DNA from: Rhynchobatus australiae
Taxonomy: Eukaryota
NCBI GenBank assembly: GCA_034780895.1
Contig: JAUZTB010000087.1
Span: 82,625,383 to 82,689,382, forward strand
Direction: 5' to 3'
Length of the DNA: 64,000 nt
Positions 62,061 through 64,000 of the stretch are shown here, one piece after another (the first letter of the stretch is position 1; the number at the start of each line of letters is the position of its first letter). The translations under genes and the position numbers were made by a program. Under the pieces are notes generated by a model. It saw only the letters and a list, made by a program, of their open reading frames with translations, did no database searches and was not told the DNA's origin.

Positions 62061-64000
62061 CACATGTCCAAGCTGAAAATACAATTGACTGGAGCTTATT
62101 CTTTGCTCCTGAGATGTAAAGGCCTGCACTGATATGGTGATTTTAGTTGATGTCTCCCCACCCTTTCAAAGATCTTGACTTTCCTTATTTATGAATTGCA
62201 CCCTCCTTTTTCATTTTTTAATCTGTTTTAGCATCCCAAAGCTAAATGCTAGAGATTGTGATGGTATGGGTTGATGATTTGCTAACTGATTCCAAGACTG
62301 AGAATGGGTCCTTAATGTTTGTGAGATCCCACGAGTCTATTGCACAGAACATATCGTACAGTTTGTTATCAAAGAGTTGAAATTGGATGTTCTGTGAAAG
62401 ATTTGCATAAATCTTTATGTGATATGTACCACTGGTGCTTTTTAAAACTTTATTGTTCAGAGGGAAGACAAATTAATGGCTTTGCATTATTTAAATGTAG
62501 GTTCCTTGTGGCAAGACTGTTCCAACTGTGTGCTAATGCAGTACTTTAAACAATTGAATAATTTGAATTTATTCCTTTAGGTGATGATTCTAGCATTTAC
62601 TGATTAACATTTTGATTTGTATTTTGATTTAGAATAATCAAATCAAAAGGATTCGCTAGTGTGCTAGACAAGAGACACCTTAAGGCTTTGTCTAAAATAC
62701 TACATGTCAATTTTAGTGTATGGTAAGTGTGCAAACATCAGTTCCAATATCCATCAGACTGAATTAGAATTGATAGTTTTCTGGCATTTAAGTGTTAAAC
62801 CATCGGAACATAAACTCATTTTTATATTAAGCAAGTCAAATATCTATATTATGCCATGTTCATTCGTAGGAGATAAGGGAGTGAGCCCAGCAAAGGCAGG
62901 ATATGAATCAAGGTTGATGACTAGTGGATTCCCAAAATCATGAGGAGCCAGTCATTTGGTAATGGAAAATATGAAATCCAACTATACCCAGAGGACCACC
63001 AGCAGCAGAGGCGTCAGTGGGATTGAGAAAAAAAAAGTCACTAAGTAAATCTAGCTTGTGAGATGTAGTAAATGATTTGAGTTGATTTTTGAGTGCAGCC
63101 TACTGCGTTCAAAATTTTGGAGAGCTGAGGTGATTGTTAAATTTGCCGTCTTCAGTGTTATGAAAGTTGTAGATCAGAACAGTAAGGAACTTTACCCTCA
63201 TTTTATGATTCCAAAATGGCCCATTGATCAATCCATCCAAATTTTCTAAATGCAAAAAACACTACAGGAAAATGTCTCAGTATTTGGGCTTCCTGGCGAG
63301 TCTCAGTATTTTGCTTTCAAAGGCACAGCTAACATTACAGAACATGTTCACCAACCTCAATGATTGTTTTCAAAATGGTTTTAGGTGCGTGGACTTAATC
63401 TTTCAAATGTAAGAGCATAGGACAATGGAAAAATGAATGCTCGTTCAAGTGGGGGATATTGATCAAATAAAACTATTCATTTCTTGAAGATTTAGTTATT
63501 GAGTCAATTCCTGTAAAACATTCAACAATTCATAGGCCTTGTGCAAGTGACGAATAAGCCTATATCCAGTTTATAGCATATTTTACTCTCACCTTTGTAA
63601 ACTCACAGTTGGAATCAGCAGCTCAATTGCCAAGGAGAAAAAAAGGTCTTATAAGGAATGATCTTATTAGGAATGCTGGGGAGTCCTCGCTTGATTGTCC
63701 ATTTTGGAAAGCAGAATGCTTGTTAAGGACTAATGCGTCAAATTAAACTTTGAGGAAGAGGCAGCTTAGATAATTAGCCAGTATCAAGCCAAGGTTATAA
63801 AGTATGACCAGACTGAGGCAGTGGCAGATGGCAACTAATTTGTGCCAGAGCATATTGATTATACAACTTGATCTAGAGCAAGTAGCCAAGGTGTATGCTG
63901 ACTCCAAAACTGCTACAGAGAAGCAAGGTATAATTTCTCAGAGAACATTTGGGCAAGGAGCCTGAAAAGATTTAATTGAATTGCCTTGGTTGAGGTGTGT

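Noticed and set aside
62995-63020. CTCF-like ccaccagcagcagaggcgtc
   Set aside because: Lacks the required AGRKGGC spacing (one base short); not supportable without a PWM scan or ChIP data.

Overview
AT-rich, CpG-depleted vertebrate genomic DNA from a draft assembly with many N gaps. The repeats (CR1 LINEs, HE1-like V-SINEs, Deu-domain SINEs, Rex/Babar and L2 remnants, Penelope-derived palindromes) point to a cartilaginous fish, probably a batoid; this is inference from recalled repeat sequences. I can support no complete protein-coding gene. Almost all ORFs in the track are chance frames, retroelement remnants or N-gap read-through. The main functional landmark is a CpG island at about 20.8-22.2 kb. 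It contains two perfect CRE sites, a + strand first-exon donor, and a dense cluster of PBX/PREP (TALE) motifs and CCAAT boxes. Downstream, about 42 kb looks like the 5' intronic region of a large + strand gene that I cannot name, with candidate alternative first exons at about 34.8 kb and 52.9 kb and a candidate ATG micro-exon at 38.1 kb. The most interesting items are: (1) a family of Penelope-derived palindromic inserts carrying a decayed minimal hammerhead-ribozyme core; (2) a disabled, apparently spliced NOLC1/Nopp140-like LisH fragment at 19.1 kb; (3) the TALE/NF-Y motif array; (4) nested retroelement insertions with readable target-site duplications (TSDs). I see no convincing wholly new biological system. 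Repeat boundaries are approximate and were judged by eye.
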